Source: a bacterium (lineage in GTDB: Bacteria; Patescibacteriota; Microgenomatia; Levybacterales; UBA12049). Taken from it: a stretch of 64,000 bases of DNA. The notes below the pieces were generated by a model. That model had not been told where the DNA came from, searched no databases, and saw only the letters and a program-made list of their open reading frames with translations. This document shows, piece by piece, positions 11,360 to 20,661 of the stretch; within the stretch, counting starts at the first letter, position 1, and each line of letters starts with the position of its first letter. The stretch lies in NCBI GenBank assembly GCA_021791545.1, contig JAJYWL010000016.1:9533-73532 (forward strand), written 5' to 3'. The position numbers and the translations under genes were made by a program.

Positions 11360-11629
11360 TTATTTTGAAGCCTTATCCTCTGATTTTAACTGTTTCATTT
11401 TCCACATAAAGAGACCAATTTTGTTGTCTGCGTTACTGTCAGAAACAAAAGATAAAGCCTTATCCAAAATAGATCTATGAACAGTCTTTGCAAGCTTTAT
11501 ATACATTGCTCTATGTTTATAATCGTCTAGCTGCTCCGCAAGATATATACCGTATGACTGGAATTCTCTTGAAATATATTTGTCTTTTGCCGGATCGAAG
11601 TTTTTGAGGATTTTACCTACCTGTTGCAT
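11360..11629 (-). CDS. Hypothetical protein
   Basis: 89-aa ORF with coding-like composition, in an operon with acyP and pth. Confidence 0.4.
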   Translation of the reverse strand: MQQVGKILKNFDPAKDKYISREFQSYGIYLAEQLDDYKHRAMYIKLAKTVHRSILDKALSFVSDSNADNKIGLFMWKMKQLKSEDKASK

Positions 11630-11646
11630 TGATTTATTATAGCAAA

Positions 11647-12246
11647 TTACTTTATATTAAATTTATTCATTGCAGCTTCCAAACCCTTGTCCAAAGACAT
11701 AATAATTGCCTCTACTCCCTTTTTCTCTAGTTCCCTAATATTTCCCATATCGCCTTTTTTAAACTTTCCCAGGACATAACTATCTATTTTCTTAGGTTGT
11801 TTTTGCTTAAGAGCTCCCTGAAGTTGTCTTCCTATTCCCATCCTAAATCTCCAAAATTTATCCGTTCCCAAGGTATTTATAATTGAATCAACTCCCCTAT
11901 GTCCTGCCGATGCTCCTCCGAATCTTATCTTCATATTTCCTATAGAAATATCTACATCATCATGGATTACCCAAATATCTTCAGGCGGGATTTTATAATA
12001 TTGGGAAATTGCTTTCACGGCCATACCTGAATTATTCATAAAAGTCTTTGGCCTTACGAGGATAATTTTCTCTTCCTTGTATTCTACTTCTGCAGTTTCT
12101 GCCTTAAACTTCTCGTTATCATTCCACTTCGTCTCTTTTACGGGCTCCATTTTCCTTAAGAAACTCGAAAGTACAATAAAACCGAGATTATGTCTGGTTT
12201 TCTCGTACTTAAGTCCCGGATTTCCTAGTCCGACTATGAGTTTCAT
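11647..12246 (-). CDS. pth: Peptidyl-tRNA hydrolase
   Basis: MKLIVGLGNPGLKYEKTRHNLGF matches the Pth N-terminus. The ORF-track start at 12264 adds 6 aa and is probably not used. Confidence 0.85.
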   Translation of the reverse strand: MKLIVGLGNPGLKYEKTRHNLGFIVLSSFLRKMEPVKETKWNDNEKFKAETAEVEYKEEKIILVRPKTFMNNSGMAVKAISQYYKIPPEDIWVIHDDVDISIGNMKIRFGGASAGHRGVDSIINTLGTDKFWRFRMGIGRQLQGALKQKQPKKIDSYVLGKFKKGDMGNIRELEKKGVEAIIMSLDKGLEAAMNKFNIK

Positions 12247-12364
12247 ATGTTTATTATAAGGCATCTCTGCAAGAATTTAGTTAATTATTCTTAAGTAAAA
12301 AGAAATGACGTATTCTAACCCTTCAGGAAGAAGCATTAAAATACGTCAAAAGATCTTTTACCGA

Positions 12365-12805
12365 CTATTTATAGTAGGGTTTTATCTGGAAAAGGAAATA
12401 GAATGCTATTAACGAAACCAAAACTCCTACTACTGAGAATGAAATTACTGCAGCTACTACTGCTACGACTTCCGACCAGAACATAAGGTTCCAGCCTGCC
12501 ATTTTTCTTTTGAAAAGACTTGGTGATGCAACGAGCATCATTACGCTTTCCACCAAACCCAATACTGCTGCTACCAATAATCCCGTTGCGAGTCCTACTC
12601 CACCTGCCATCGCGGCAAAAGGTGAAAATACAGCAGAAAGTCCGAATGCCGAAAGAGATGCCAATACTCCCAAAACACCGAATATCAAAGCTAACCAGGG
12701 AGTTATTGTCACTATAAATTCTCGGACGCTGGGGGCCAAAGCTGGAAGTTTTTTATAAACGTCCTCTACGGAAGCTACCAAATTTAATGTTTTTGTTTGT
12801 GCCAT
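12365..12805 (-). CDS. Hypothetical polytopic membrane protein
   Basis: Four hydrophobic helices. The likely start is MAQTKTL; the ORF track extends to 12823. Confidence 0.5.
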   Translation of the reverse strand: MAQTKTLNLVASVEDVYKKLPALAPSVREFIVTITPWLALIFGVLGVLASLSAFGLSAVFSPFAAMAGGVGLATGLLVAAVLGLVESVMMLVASPSLFKRKMAGWNLMFWSEVVAVVAAVISFSVVGVLVSLIAFYFLFQIKPYYK

Positions 12806-12942
12806 TTTGTCACCTCCTTTCACTCGATTGGAGAATCAAACCGGCTTTAATTGATAGTATAGTTAATAATTTTAAAAGTCAAGGCCAAGCCTACATAAAA
12901 TTAAGTATTGAAAAGATGAGTTTATAAGTGATTAAATAAATT

Positions 12943-13242
12943 ATGGCGTTAAGGGAAATGGAATCATCTTTATTTGAACCGCAACAAGTAACGCCCCCCG
13001 CCCCCGAAGAAGTAGACCCTGAAGAAATAAAACAAATGTTGAGGTTTTTAAGAGACGGAACCCACCCTGATCCAAAATACGGAACAGTACGCGGGAATCA
13101 ATTGGTATTAGGAGCACAAGCCGAGGAGCCCGAAAAACCAATGCTGACGGTAATAGAAAATAGAAAACCCGGAATTCTTCAAAGAATATTTAGTAGAAAA
13201 GATGCACCTATTTCTTCCCCTGCTGCTGGTACATCTCGATAA
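12943..13242 (+). CDS. Possible small ORF, relatively GC- and Pro-rich. It may not be expressed.
   Basis: 99-aa ORF antiparallel to both neighbours. It overlaps the ligase 3' end by 35 nt. Confidence 0.2.
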   Translation: MALREMESSLFEPQQVTPPAPEEVDPEEIKQMLRFLRDGTHPDPKYGTVRGNQLVLGAQAEEPEKPMLTVIENRKPGILQRIFSRKDAPISSPAAGTSR

Positions 13243-14938
13243 GTTCTTCAACACTGGTTGCGTCTTCTGCCTTTTTATCGGCATTCCTGAATGAAACAAG
13301 TCTTGGAAATCTTAAAGCATATCCGGGTTCTCCGTCTTCTTTTCCTGCAGTATGGACGGGAGATCGGGTTATTTCATCTGCCAAGACTTCTATAACAATC
13401 TCCGGTCTTATCCAAACTGAAGGATTAATTATCGAATTTACTCTTGGAGGTTTATGATCCAGAGCTATTTTATCTGCCCTGTTATGTATCTCTCTCCACT
13501 CTTCATCCGAAAGTCCTGTTCCGATTTTGCTGACAGTAACAAATTCATCCTTTTTGGGGTCGTATATCCCCACCAGAAGAGCTCCCGCACCAAAAGCCGT
13601 TCTCTTACCTCTTCCCGTTATATATCCCAAAATTACGCAATCTATGGTGTCATTTAATTCTCCCGAAGAATGTCTCTTTAATTTCACCCAATTAAAGTTT
13701 CTTGCTCCTGCTTCATATGGACTTTGAAGTTTTTTAATTACTACTCCCTCAAGGCCCTTAGATATTGCATCCTCAAGTAAATTTGAGAGAGTTTTTGGAT
13801 CCTTTATCGTCTGGTTACCGGTCTTAATCAAGACATCATTATTCGGAATCGTTTCCTTTAAAATTTGAAGCCTCTCTTCCAATGGCTTATCCAGTAGTCC
13901 TTTTCCGTCTTTATATAAAATGTCGAAAACAAAAGCTTTTAAGGGAAGGCTTTTTGCCATTTCTTCGATTCCATGCTTCCTTCTTCTTTTGGTTGTTTCC
14001 TGGAAAGGAAGAAACTCTTCGGATTCGGGACTATAAGCAAGAGCTTCTGAATCAAGTATTACAGATTCTGCTTTGATTTCCGTTTTTGCAGCTTCAATAA
14101 GTTCGGGGAACATATGGGTCATTTCCTCAAGATTTCTTGAAAACATCCTAATGTTGTCACCGTCTTTATGTATCTGGACTCTGAACCCGTCATATTTATA
14201 CTGAGCGTCTACTTCCCCCATTTTTTCTATTACCTTAGCTGGACTTGGAAGTCTTTCGCAAAGCTCTGATCTTATTGGATTTCCCACTCTTACTTCCAGT
14301 TTCTCTACCCCATCAAGTCCTTTATTAAATAGTGTTTTTGCAATAAGTCCCAGATCGGAAGTCCTGTTATATGCTCCTTCCATTAGTTTTCTGTTTGATT
14401 TATCTCCGAGTTTTGCCGTTGCCAAGGCGTCTAAAACAGTAGGATCTCCTATACCAAGCCTTAAGTTTCCTAAAGGAATCCTGACCAGGTGTTTTGCCGA
14501 AACCGCATCTACATTTTCCAAAAGCCCCGTTAAGAGAGTCTGTCTTTTCTCGACAGTTCCTGCTCCCTGAGTCTTAGCTATTTCTTCCAATGTTTTATAG
14601 ACATCTTCTACTGTTAACCCGCTATCTTTTGCCCCGGTCTTTTGCGCAAGCTCTCCTGCGGCAAGCCCTTCGTCTCCCAATTTGGCAAAAAGTTTAAGAA
14701 CATCTTCTTTATTCGATTTATATGCATTGGCTATAGAAACAGCCACGTTTTTCTCTGCCATTCCTATCTCTAATGGGACGAAAAACGGAGCAAGTCGCCC
14801 CTGGAGAAGATAAACAATCTTATCTATTTCTTTTTCCTCTGTTTCCTTAAAAAGATCGGAAAGAATATCTATTAAGGAAAGTCTTGAAGAAGTTTTTTCT
14901 AGATTTTCAAAATATTCGCTAAGTTTTGAGAATTTCAT
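13208..14938 (-). CDS. lig: ATP-dependent DNA ligase (archaeal/eukaryal type)
   Basis: Adenylation motif I KYDGFRVQIHKDGDNIRMFSRN (KxDGxR). At 576 aa it has a conserved OB-fold C-terminus. Confidence 0.85.
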   Translation of the reverse strand: MKFSKLSEYFENLEKTSSRLSLIDILSDLFKETEEKEIDKIVYLLQGRLAPFFVPLEIGMAEKNVAVSIANAYKSNKEDVLKLFAKLGDEGLAAGELAQKTGAKDSGLTVEDVYKTLEEIAKTQGAGTVEKRQTLLTGLLENVDAVSAKHLVRIPLGNLRLGIGDPTVLDALATAKLGDKSNRKLMEGAYNRTSDLGLIAKTLFNKGLDGVEKLEVRVGNPIRSELCERLPSPAKVIEKMGEVDAQYKYDGFRVQIHKDGDNIRMFSRNLEEMTHMFPELIEAAKTEIKAESVILDSEALAYSPESEEFLPFQETTKRRRKHGIEEMAKSLPLKAFVFDILYKDGKGLLDKPLEERLQILKETIPNNDVLIKTGNQTIKDPKTLSNLLEDAISKGLEGVVIKKLQSPYEAGARNFNWVKLKRHSSGELNDTIDCVILGYITGRGKRTAFGAGALLVGIYDPKKDEFVTVSKIGTGLSDEEWREIHNRADKIALDHKPPRVNSIINPSVWIRPEIVIEVLADEITRSPVHTAGKEDGEPGYALRFPRLVSFRNADKKAEDATSVEELIEMYQQQGKK

Positions 14939-14939
14939 A

Positions 14940-15986
14940 TTATGCCATTATATACTTTGCGCCCTTGGTTACACCATGTTTTTTAATTATCCCGCTATGA
15001 ACAAGAACCTTCAATTCGTTAAGTATTGTATCTTCGGAAACCATAGGAAAAAGTTGGACAAAAGCCTTGTTCTGTAAAAAACCCGTCTTTTGAATGTACT
15101 GAATTATCTTTAATTGCCTGTCTGATAAAAGCAAGGGTTGTCCTCCAAGTTTTTCTTTAAGATTAACATCTACAGAAATAGCTTCAATCTTATCTTTAAT
15201 CTTTGAAAGTTCTATCGCAAGTCCTAAACTGAAATATTCAAGCCACTCGGTAAGAACACCATCGTTTTTTTCAACACTTTGAAGCGCCTGATAGTATCTT
15301 GCTGCGTCAGTATCAAAATATTCTTCCAAAGAGAAAAACTTTCGTATGTCATAGCCCTCCTGAAAAAGAATCAAAGTAGAAAGAGCCCTCGCTACTCTTC
15401 CATTACCGTCTAAAAAGGGATGGATTCTAACAAATTCGAAATGTGAAACTGCACTTTTTAAGATGGGATGAATATCTTCTTTGGAATTTAAAAACTCCAA
15501 TAAATCTTTTAACTGGAAAGGAACTGCAACCGCCATTGGAGGCCTGAATGAAATTTCCCCGGTATAACTATTTTTAACTACAACCTGCGTTTTCCTTAAT
15601 TGCCCACACTGATCAGCTGGAAGAATTTTATCCACTGTTATTTTATGCATTTGTTTTATTAAATCTTCCGTAATCTCCGTTTTTATATCTGAAATCCTTG
15701 AACTACCTATTAATTCCATTACCTTTCTGTAGTTAATTACTTCTTGGATATCTCTATCTCTTCCGGGCACCTCTATTCCGTCCATAACCTTTTCCGCTTG
15801 GCTTAGATTAAGCTCGTTTCCTTCTATATGAGTTCCGTAATGAACAGCCCTTACAAGTGCGTCTTTTTGGAATTCTCTCTCATAGAAAGGAAGGAGTGGA
15901 GCGTGGTCTATTACTTCCCTTGAAGCTTCAATACTTCCTATGTTTTTTAGTATCTGGTTGGTAATAGTAAATTTAGGAGAATACAT
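14940..15986 (-). CDS. Fic/DOC-family protein (adenylyltransferase-like)
   Basis: Fic motif HPFLDGNGRVARAL. The ORF track extends to 16091, but the plausible start is MYSPKF at 15986. Confidence 0.75.
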   Translation of the reverse strand: MYSPKFTITNQILKNIGSIEASREVIDHAPLLPFYEREFQKDALVRAVHYGTHIEGNELNLSQAEKVMDGIEVPGRDRDIQEVINYRKVMELIGSSRISDIKTEITEDLIKQMHKITVDKILPADQCGQLRKTQVVVKNSYTGEISFRPPMAVAVPFQLKDLLEFLNSKEDIHPILKSAVSHFEFVRIHPFLDGNGRVARALSTLILFQEGYDIRKFFSLEEYFDTDAARYYQALQSVEKNDGVLTEWLEYFSLGLAIELSKIKDKIEAISVDVNLKEKLGGQPLLLSDRQLKIIQYIQKTGFLQNKAFVQLFPMVSEDTILNELKVLVHSGIIKKHGVTKGAKYIMA

Positions 15987-16051
15987 CACAAAGATTATAT
16001 CAAAAATTCCCGAACTTTTCCCTAGATTACTCAATTTGATATAATTACTAC

Positions 16052-16333
16052 ATGGCAAAGAAAATAAATAAAAAAGAAGAAAACGGGACAAAATTTCATA
16101 TAGAACTGATAAAACAACTTACTGCTTTGTCAACCGCAGGATTCGGTTTAGTTGCAGCACTTGCCTGGAACAGTGTGATACAAGAATTAGTCAACACCTA
16201 CATCAAGAAATACTTTAAGGGAAGCGGACTCATTTCCCTTTTAATCTATGCCCTGATAGTAACTTTAATAGCAGTAATTGTCACTTACCAACTTTCAAAA
16301 CTTTCAAGAAAAGCCGGAGTAGAGAAAAAATAA
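16052..16333 (+). CDS. Small membrane protein
   Basis: 93 aa with two hydrophobic helices. Confidence 0.45.
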   Translation: MAKKINKKEENGTKFHIELIKQLTALSTAGFGLVAALAWNSVIQELVNTYIKKYFKGSGLISLLIYALIVTLIAVIVTYQLSKLSRKAGVEKK

Positions 16334-17395
16334 TCAAACCTCTTTTACGAATTTAATAAGCTGTACTTTATCTATAATTTCTTTTGGAAGAAACTCTTTA
16401 TGGGTTGTTGTAATAATCGTTTGCTGTTCTCCCAAAATTTCCAGAATAAGACCAATATGCCCCTCGTCAAGCTCGGAAAATATATCATCTAAAACAAAAG
16501 TAGGCCTTTTACCTAAAGCATTTTCTATATATTCAATTTCAATATGTTTAAGCTGTAATATCGCAAGCCTTTGTTGTCCTCTTGATCCGAAATATTTAAT
16601 ATCATGGGTAGAATCATCCGCTTTATTAAACATCGAGACAGAAAAATCGTCTCTATGAGGACCTACTAAAGTTACACCTGCTCCCACTTCCGCTTCCCTA
16701 TACTGATTTAATCTTTCCTCCGAAATTATGCTCTTATCGTAATTAATTAAGAAATCAAAAATTGTTTTTTGTGAATTGTTTGCAAAAGTTATAAACTCCT
16801 CTCTTTTATTTGTTATATTCTGGCCGTGTTTTATCAAAAGCTCGTTCCAATACTCGAATTGTTTTTCGTTTCTTACTCCCGTATCTCTTGCAAGTTCTAA
16901 AAGAGCATTTCTTTGTCTTAACGCTTTATTGTATGACGTTATATCCACTCTGTATGATTTGTCTACCTGCTCAAGTACTTCGTCTAGGAAATTTCTTCTT
17001 AAAGAAGGAGATTCTATTATTATCTCCAAATCCTGAGGAGAAAACATTACCACTGAAAAATTTCCCTGAAAATCAACTTTCCTTTTTGAAACACCGTTTA
17101 CAAGAAACTTTTTATATTGAGATTTCTGACCGTATAAAAAGCCGTTTGTCAAAACTACTTCAAGTTCTGTATCTTCGGTTTTTCCCTTTACCCTTCCTAT
17201 TTCTTCGCTAAATTTAAGCATTTGGGCATCCTTATCTGTCCTAAAGCTTTTACCAAAAGCAAGAAGATATATGCTTTCTACAAGATTTGTCTTACCTGAA
17301 GTGTTGGGGCCAATTACTACAGTTGTTAGTCCTTCAAATTCGAAGTCCTTTTTATCGTAGTTTCTGAAGTTTTGAAGCTGAAGTTTCTTTAACAT
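16334..17395 (-). CDS. recF: DNA replication and repair protein RecF
   Basis: MLKKLQLQNFRNYDKKDFEF..GPNTSGKTNLVESIY (Walker A) and the C-terminal signature DDIFSELDEGH. Confidence 0.85.
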   Translation of the reverse strand: MLKKLQLQNFRNYDKKDFEFEGLTTVVIGPNTSGKTNLVESIYLLAFGKSFRTDKDAQMLKFSEEIGRVKGKTEDTELEVVLTNGFLYGQKSQYKKFLVNGVSKRKVDFQGNFSVVMFSPQDLEIIIESPSLRRNFLDEVLEQVDKSYRVDITSYNKALRQRNALLELARDTGVRNEKQFEYWNELLIKHGQNITNKREEFITFANNSQKTIFDFLINYDKSIISEERLNQYREAEVGAGVTLVGPHRDDFSVSMFNKADDSTHDIKYFGSRGQQRLAILQLKHIEIEYIENALGKRPTFVLDDIFSELDEGHIGLILEILGEQQTIITTTHKEFLPKEIIDKVQLIKFVKEV

Positions 17396-17408
17396 GCCTT
17401 TGTGGCAT

Positions 17409-18110
17409 TTATTCTATCACAGTCCCTACAAACTTTTCTCCATTGAAGTATTTTTCCAAATTTTCAAAATCATGACCGGACAAAACAGTAACCTTAATAC
17501 CGAGCTCTTGCGCTTTTTTGGATGCTACGGGATCAAACGGAGCATTTAGACCCGGTGTCCACTCATCCCCCACTATCTTTCTGAAATCTTCCCATGAAAT
17601 CTTATCTATCGGCTTTGCGTCTTTAAACTTCTTTGGATCTTTATCATAAACCTTGGAAATATTACTTAAGTTTATTACTTCCTTAACTCCGTAGTCTTCG
17701 CAAAGAAGTACTGCGTCGTAATCCGTCGACCAACCGGGCTTCCATCCCGCTGCTACAACCACGGGTTCCGTTACTTTTCTTATGATTTCGTAATGTTTTA
17801 TTAAGTAGTGGTGAGCGATATCCTGGAAGATAGTCCTGACCAAATGAGCGTTTAGTCTACTTGCATGAATACCTAGCCAATCTAAATCTTCTCTTGATAA
17901 CTCATGTTTTACGACTTCTCTTCCCGCGTTGATATAGTGCCTTGCTGTTGCTCCTCCTCCGGCAACCAAAAAAAACTGGCGGTTCTTATTTTTCGCCAGT
18001 TGGTCTCGGACAAAATCGTTTAGATTGGAGAGAAACTTAGTATCAATTCCCCCATCGGGGACAATCAGGGAGCCTCCTATAGACATTATTACTTTGTCAG
18101 TAAAAGCCAT
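17409..18110 (-). CDS. pyrH: UMP kinase, archaeal-type (amino-acid kinase family)
   Basis: LVAGGGATARHYINAGRE...LDWLGIHASRLNAHLV and AGWKPGWSTDYDAVLL align motif for motif with archaeal UMP kinases (GGGSTARRYI...LGIWASRLNAYLV...GGFQPGQSTAAVAAL). Confidence 0.7.
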   Translation of the reverse strand: MAFTDKVIMSIGGSLIVPDGGIDTKFLSNLNDFVRDQLAKNKNRQFFLVAGGGATARHYINAGREVVKHELSREDLDWLGIHASRLNAHLVRTIFQDIAHHYLIKHYEIIRKVTEPVVVAAGWKPGWSTDYDAVLLCEDYGVKEVINLSNISKVYDKDPKKFKDAKPIDKISWEDFRKIVGDEWTPGLNAPFDPVASKKAQELGIKVTVLSGHDFENLEKYFNGEKFVGTVIE

Positions 18111-18168
18111 AAAAAATCTAGCTTGCGCTAGATATTAATAGTACCAATTGGATAATAAAATATCAACC

Positions 18169-19011
18169 CTACTTTTGACAATTTTCGCAAAAATATGTTC
18201 CTCTTCCGCCCAAAAAGATCTTCTTGACAGTTCCTCCGCAGTTTTCGCATTTATCTCCCTGTCTTCCATAAATTAAAGTGTGATTCTGATATCCACCCTC
18301 TTGTCCCAAGACATTTACAAAATTAAGTTCGCTTGCACCACCGTACTTTATTCCCTTTTCCATTACCGTATGGACTGCTTTATATAATTTTTCTATTTCC
18401 TCGTCCGAAAGGGTTTTTGCTTTTCTTCTAGGGTCTATTTTTGATAGAAACAAGGCATCGTTTGCATATATATTCCCTATTCCCCCTATTTTTTTCTGAT
18501 CCATGATAAGAGGTTTAATAACAGTATTAGAGTTTTTGATTACATTTTGGAATTTTTCCAAGGTTAAATCTTTAAATGGCTCAGGTCCCATTCCTTTAAA
18601 GTACGGTAGTTCCCCTACTTCACTCGTTGGTAAAACTTTAATCCAACCAAATCTTCTCCTGTCGTTATAATAAAGCATTGCTCCCTTATCCAAGGTGAAA
18701 ATTACGTGGGTTGCGGAAGAAGGAAGAGTTCCCACTTTTTCTTTTGATAAAGGTTCGTCTTTTGTTTTTTCGTCCCTATAAATAAGCTGACCCGTAAGTT
18801 TTACGTGTATTGCCATGGAGTTTCCGTTATCAAGGTCTATTATCAAACCCTTTCCCATTCTTCTTACTCCTATGACTTTCGCACCCATTACTTCTTGCGG
18901 TTTTCCTTGAAATAGCTTAGGCACCTTTACTTCGACAAGTTCAATCTTATGTCCAACGACATATTTCTCAAGACCCAATCTTAATGTTTCTACTTCTGGT
19001 AGTTCCGGCAT
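18169..19011 (-). CDS. mutM: Formamidopyrimidine-DNA glycosylase (Fpg/Nei family)
   Basis: N-terminal MPELPEVE with catalytic Pro2 and Glu3, an H2TH region, and a C-terminal zinc finger CENCGG...CENC. Confidence 0.85.
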   Translation of the reverse strand: MPELPEVETLRLGLEKYVVGHKIELVEVKVPKLFQGKPQEVMGAKVIGVRRMGKGLIIDLDNGNSMAIHVKLTGQLIYRDEKTKDEPLSKEKVGTLPSSATHVIFTLDKGAMLYYNDRRRFGWIKVLPTSEVGELPYFKGMGPEPFKDLTLEKFQNVIKNSNTVIKPLIMDQKKIGGIGNIYANDALFLSKIDPRRKAKTLSDEEIEKLYKAVHTVMEKGIKYGGASELNFVNVLGQEGGYQNHTLIYGRQGDKCENCGGTVKKIFLGGRGTYFCENCQK

Positions 19012-19012
19012 A

Positions 19013-20110
19013 TTATTTTCCTTTAGAAGTTACAAACTCTTTTATTTCCTTTTTAAAGTTAGAACCTTCAAATTTCTTTGAATTCTTTATTACATCTTCT
19101 CTTTTCCAATTCATTGTCTCAAACTTTTTTAAAGCTTGTGTAAGAGACTCTACCGTTAGTTGATCAAAAAATAAACCGGTTTTCCCCTCTTTTACTGTTT
19201 CCAAAGCACCACCTGATCTAAAAGCAATTACGGGAGTCCCTAGAGCCATTGCCTCAACCGGAGTTATCCCGAAATCTTCATCCTCAGAAGCAAAAATAAA
19301 AGCTTTTGCATTTCTCATTAACTTAAATTTATCTTCATCTTTTACTTCCCCTAAAAACTCTGTCTTATCTCCCGAAAGCTCGACGAGTTCTTCTCCATAT
19401 CCTGCAAACCCCTTTCCGAATACCTTAAGCTCCTTATCAAGATTGGCGAAGGTTTCAACAATTAAATCGGTGTGCTTCGGTCTTGCCAATCTTCCTCCTG
19501 TAAGATAATAATCTCCAGCCTTCGAAGCTTTTACTTTAGGAACGCTTACGGGAGGATATATTACTTTTGCATCTCTTCTATAGAATTTTTTAATTCTTTC
19601 CTTTACGTTTTCAGAGTTAGAGATAAAGAAATCTACGTTTTGTGAAGCTTTATAGTCAGCTATTCTTAAAAGATGGTTTACCACTTCTCCTACCGCTCTC
19701 ATAACAACATTTTTCTTCCAGTTTCTTGCTGTTGCAAAGCCATAAAGGTATCTTGGTGGCGTATGCGAATAACAAATTTGAACTGCATTCTTCTTATTTA
19801 TTGAGTTTGGGACATAAGCTCCTGTTTGAGAAACAATAATTACATCAAACTTTGAAAAATCAAATCTTTTAAAAGCAAAAGGAGCTACAAGACGAAAAGG
19901 ACTTATGAGTTTATATGCGAAAGGAACATTTTGAAGAAAGCTTGTATGAACTTTAAGTTTTTCGAATCTTTTTTTATGAGGTCCCAAGAAAGAAGGAAAA
20001 TATACCAAAGTAAAAATTTCAGCTCCCGGAAAGATTTCAACGAGGTTCTCTAAAACCTTTTCTGCTCCTCCGTATTCTTTTAGATAATCGTGAACTATAG
20101 CTACTTTCAT
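19013..20110 (-). CDS. Glycosyltransferase family 4 (GT-B fold)
   Basis: MKVAIVHDYLKEYGGAEKV N-terminus and a C-terminal EDFGITPVEAMALGTPVIA motif. Confidence 0.75.
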   Translation of the reverse strand: MKVAIVHDYLKEYGGAEKVLENLVEIFPGAEIFTLVYFPSFLGPHKKRFEKLKVHTSFLQNVPFAYKLISPFRLVAPFAFKRFDFSKFDVIIVSQTGAYVPNSINKKNAVQICYSHTPPRYLYGFATARNWKKNVVMRAVGEVVNHLLRIADYKASQNVDFFISNSENVKERIKKFYRRDAKVIYPPVSVPKVKASKAGDYYLTGGRLARPKHTDLIVETFANLDKELKVFGKGFAGYGEELVELSGDKTEFLGEVKDEDKFKLMRNAKAFIFASEDEDFGITPVEAMALGTPVIAFRSGGALETVKEGKTGLFFDQLTVESLTQALKKFETMNWKREDVIKNSKKFEGSNFKKEIKEFVTSKGK

Positions 20111-20661
20111 ATTCCAAGCTCTGCTTCTGTTTTACCTAGAAAATCTCTTATTATCTCCCCTTCTTCATCTGTCATTTTTGAAAGATCCCTTTGAACTCTA
20201 TATTGTAACTCCACGCCATTCCTACTTGAATATTGTACATGAAGTTCAAAATTACTATTTGTTCCAAAAGAAGCAAAAACATTGAGGCCTTGCCTTACTA
20301 TTCCTCCTATAGAAAGCAATATTGAATTAGGGTTTTGAAGATTGGAAGAAGCAATTATCTCATATTCATCAACCTTAAGAATGACGTCACTTTCTTCACA
20401 TATTTCAGGATCAGTCAGATAATCCGTAGAAGGGACTCCATTCTCTAAAACATAGTTTCTGATATTGCCTATTCTTAAAAGTAGCGGGTCGATCTCCTCA
20501 GGAGAAATTAGGTGCTCCGAAGAAGCCATATGACTTTGAGCACTGAGCCCCTTAATTATTCCTATTCCTTTTTGTATAGGATTATTTGGTAGAGCTTTTC
20601 TGTTAAAAGCACTTACTCTTCTTAATTTATCCTCTAATGAAGAATATATTGCCTCTGTCAT
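20107..20661 (-). CDS. Hypothetical protein
   Basis: 184-aa ORF in an operon between GT4 and the exonuclease. No recognisable motif. Confidence 0.4.
   Translation of the reverse strand: MTEAIYSSLEDKLRRVSAFNRKALPNNPIQKGIGIIKGLSAQSHMASSEHLISPEEIDPLLLRIGNIRNYVLENGVPSTDYLTDPEICEESDVILKVDEYEIIASSNLQNPNSILLSIGGIVRQGLNVFASFGTNSNFELHVQYSSRNGVELQYRVQRDLSKMTDEEGEIIRDFLGKTEAELGI

Noticed and set aside
12300-12365. Hairpin gacgtatt...aatacgtc downstream of the 12365-12823 gene as a terminator.
   Set aside because: The stem is only 8 bp, the loop is about 27 nt, and the T-run is weak. It is not convincing enough to list as a feature.
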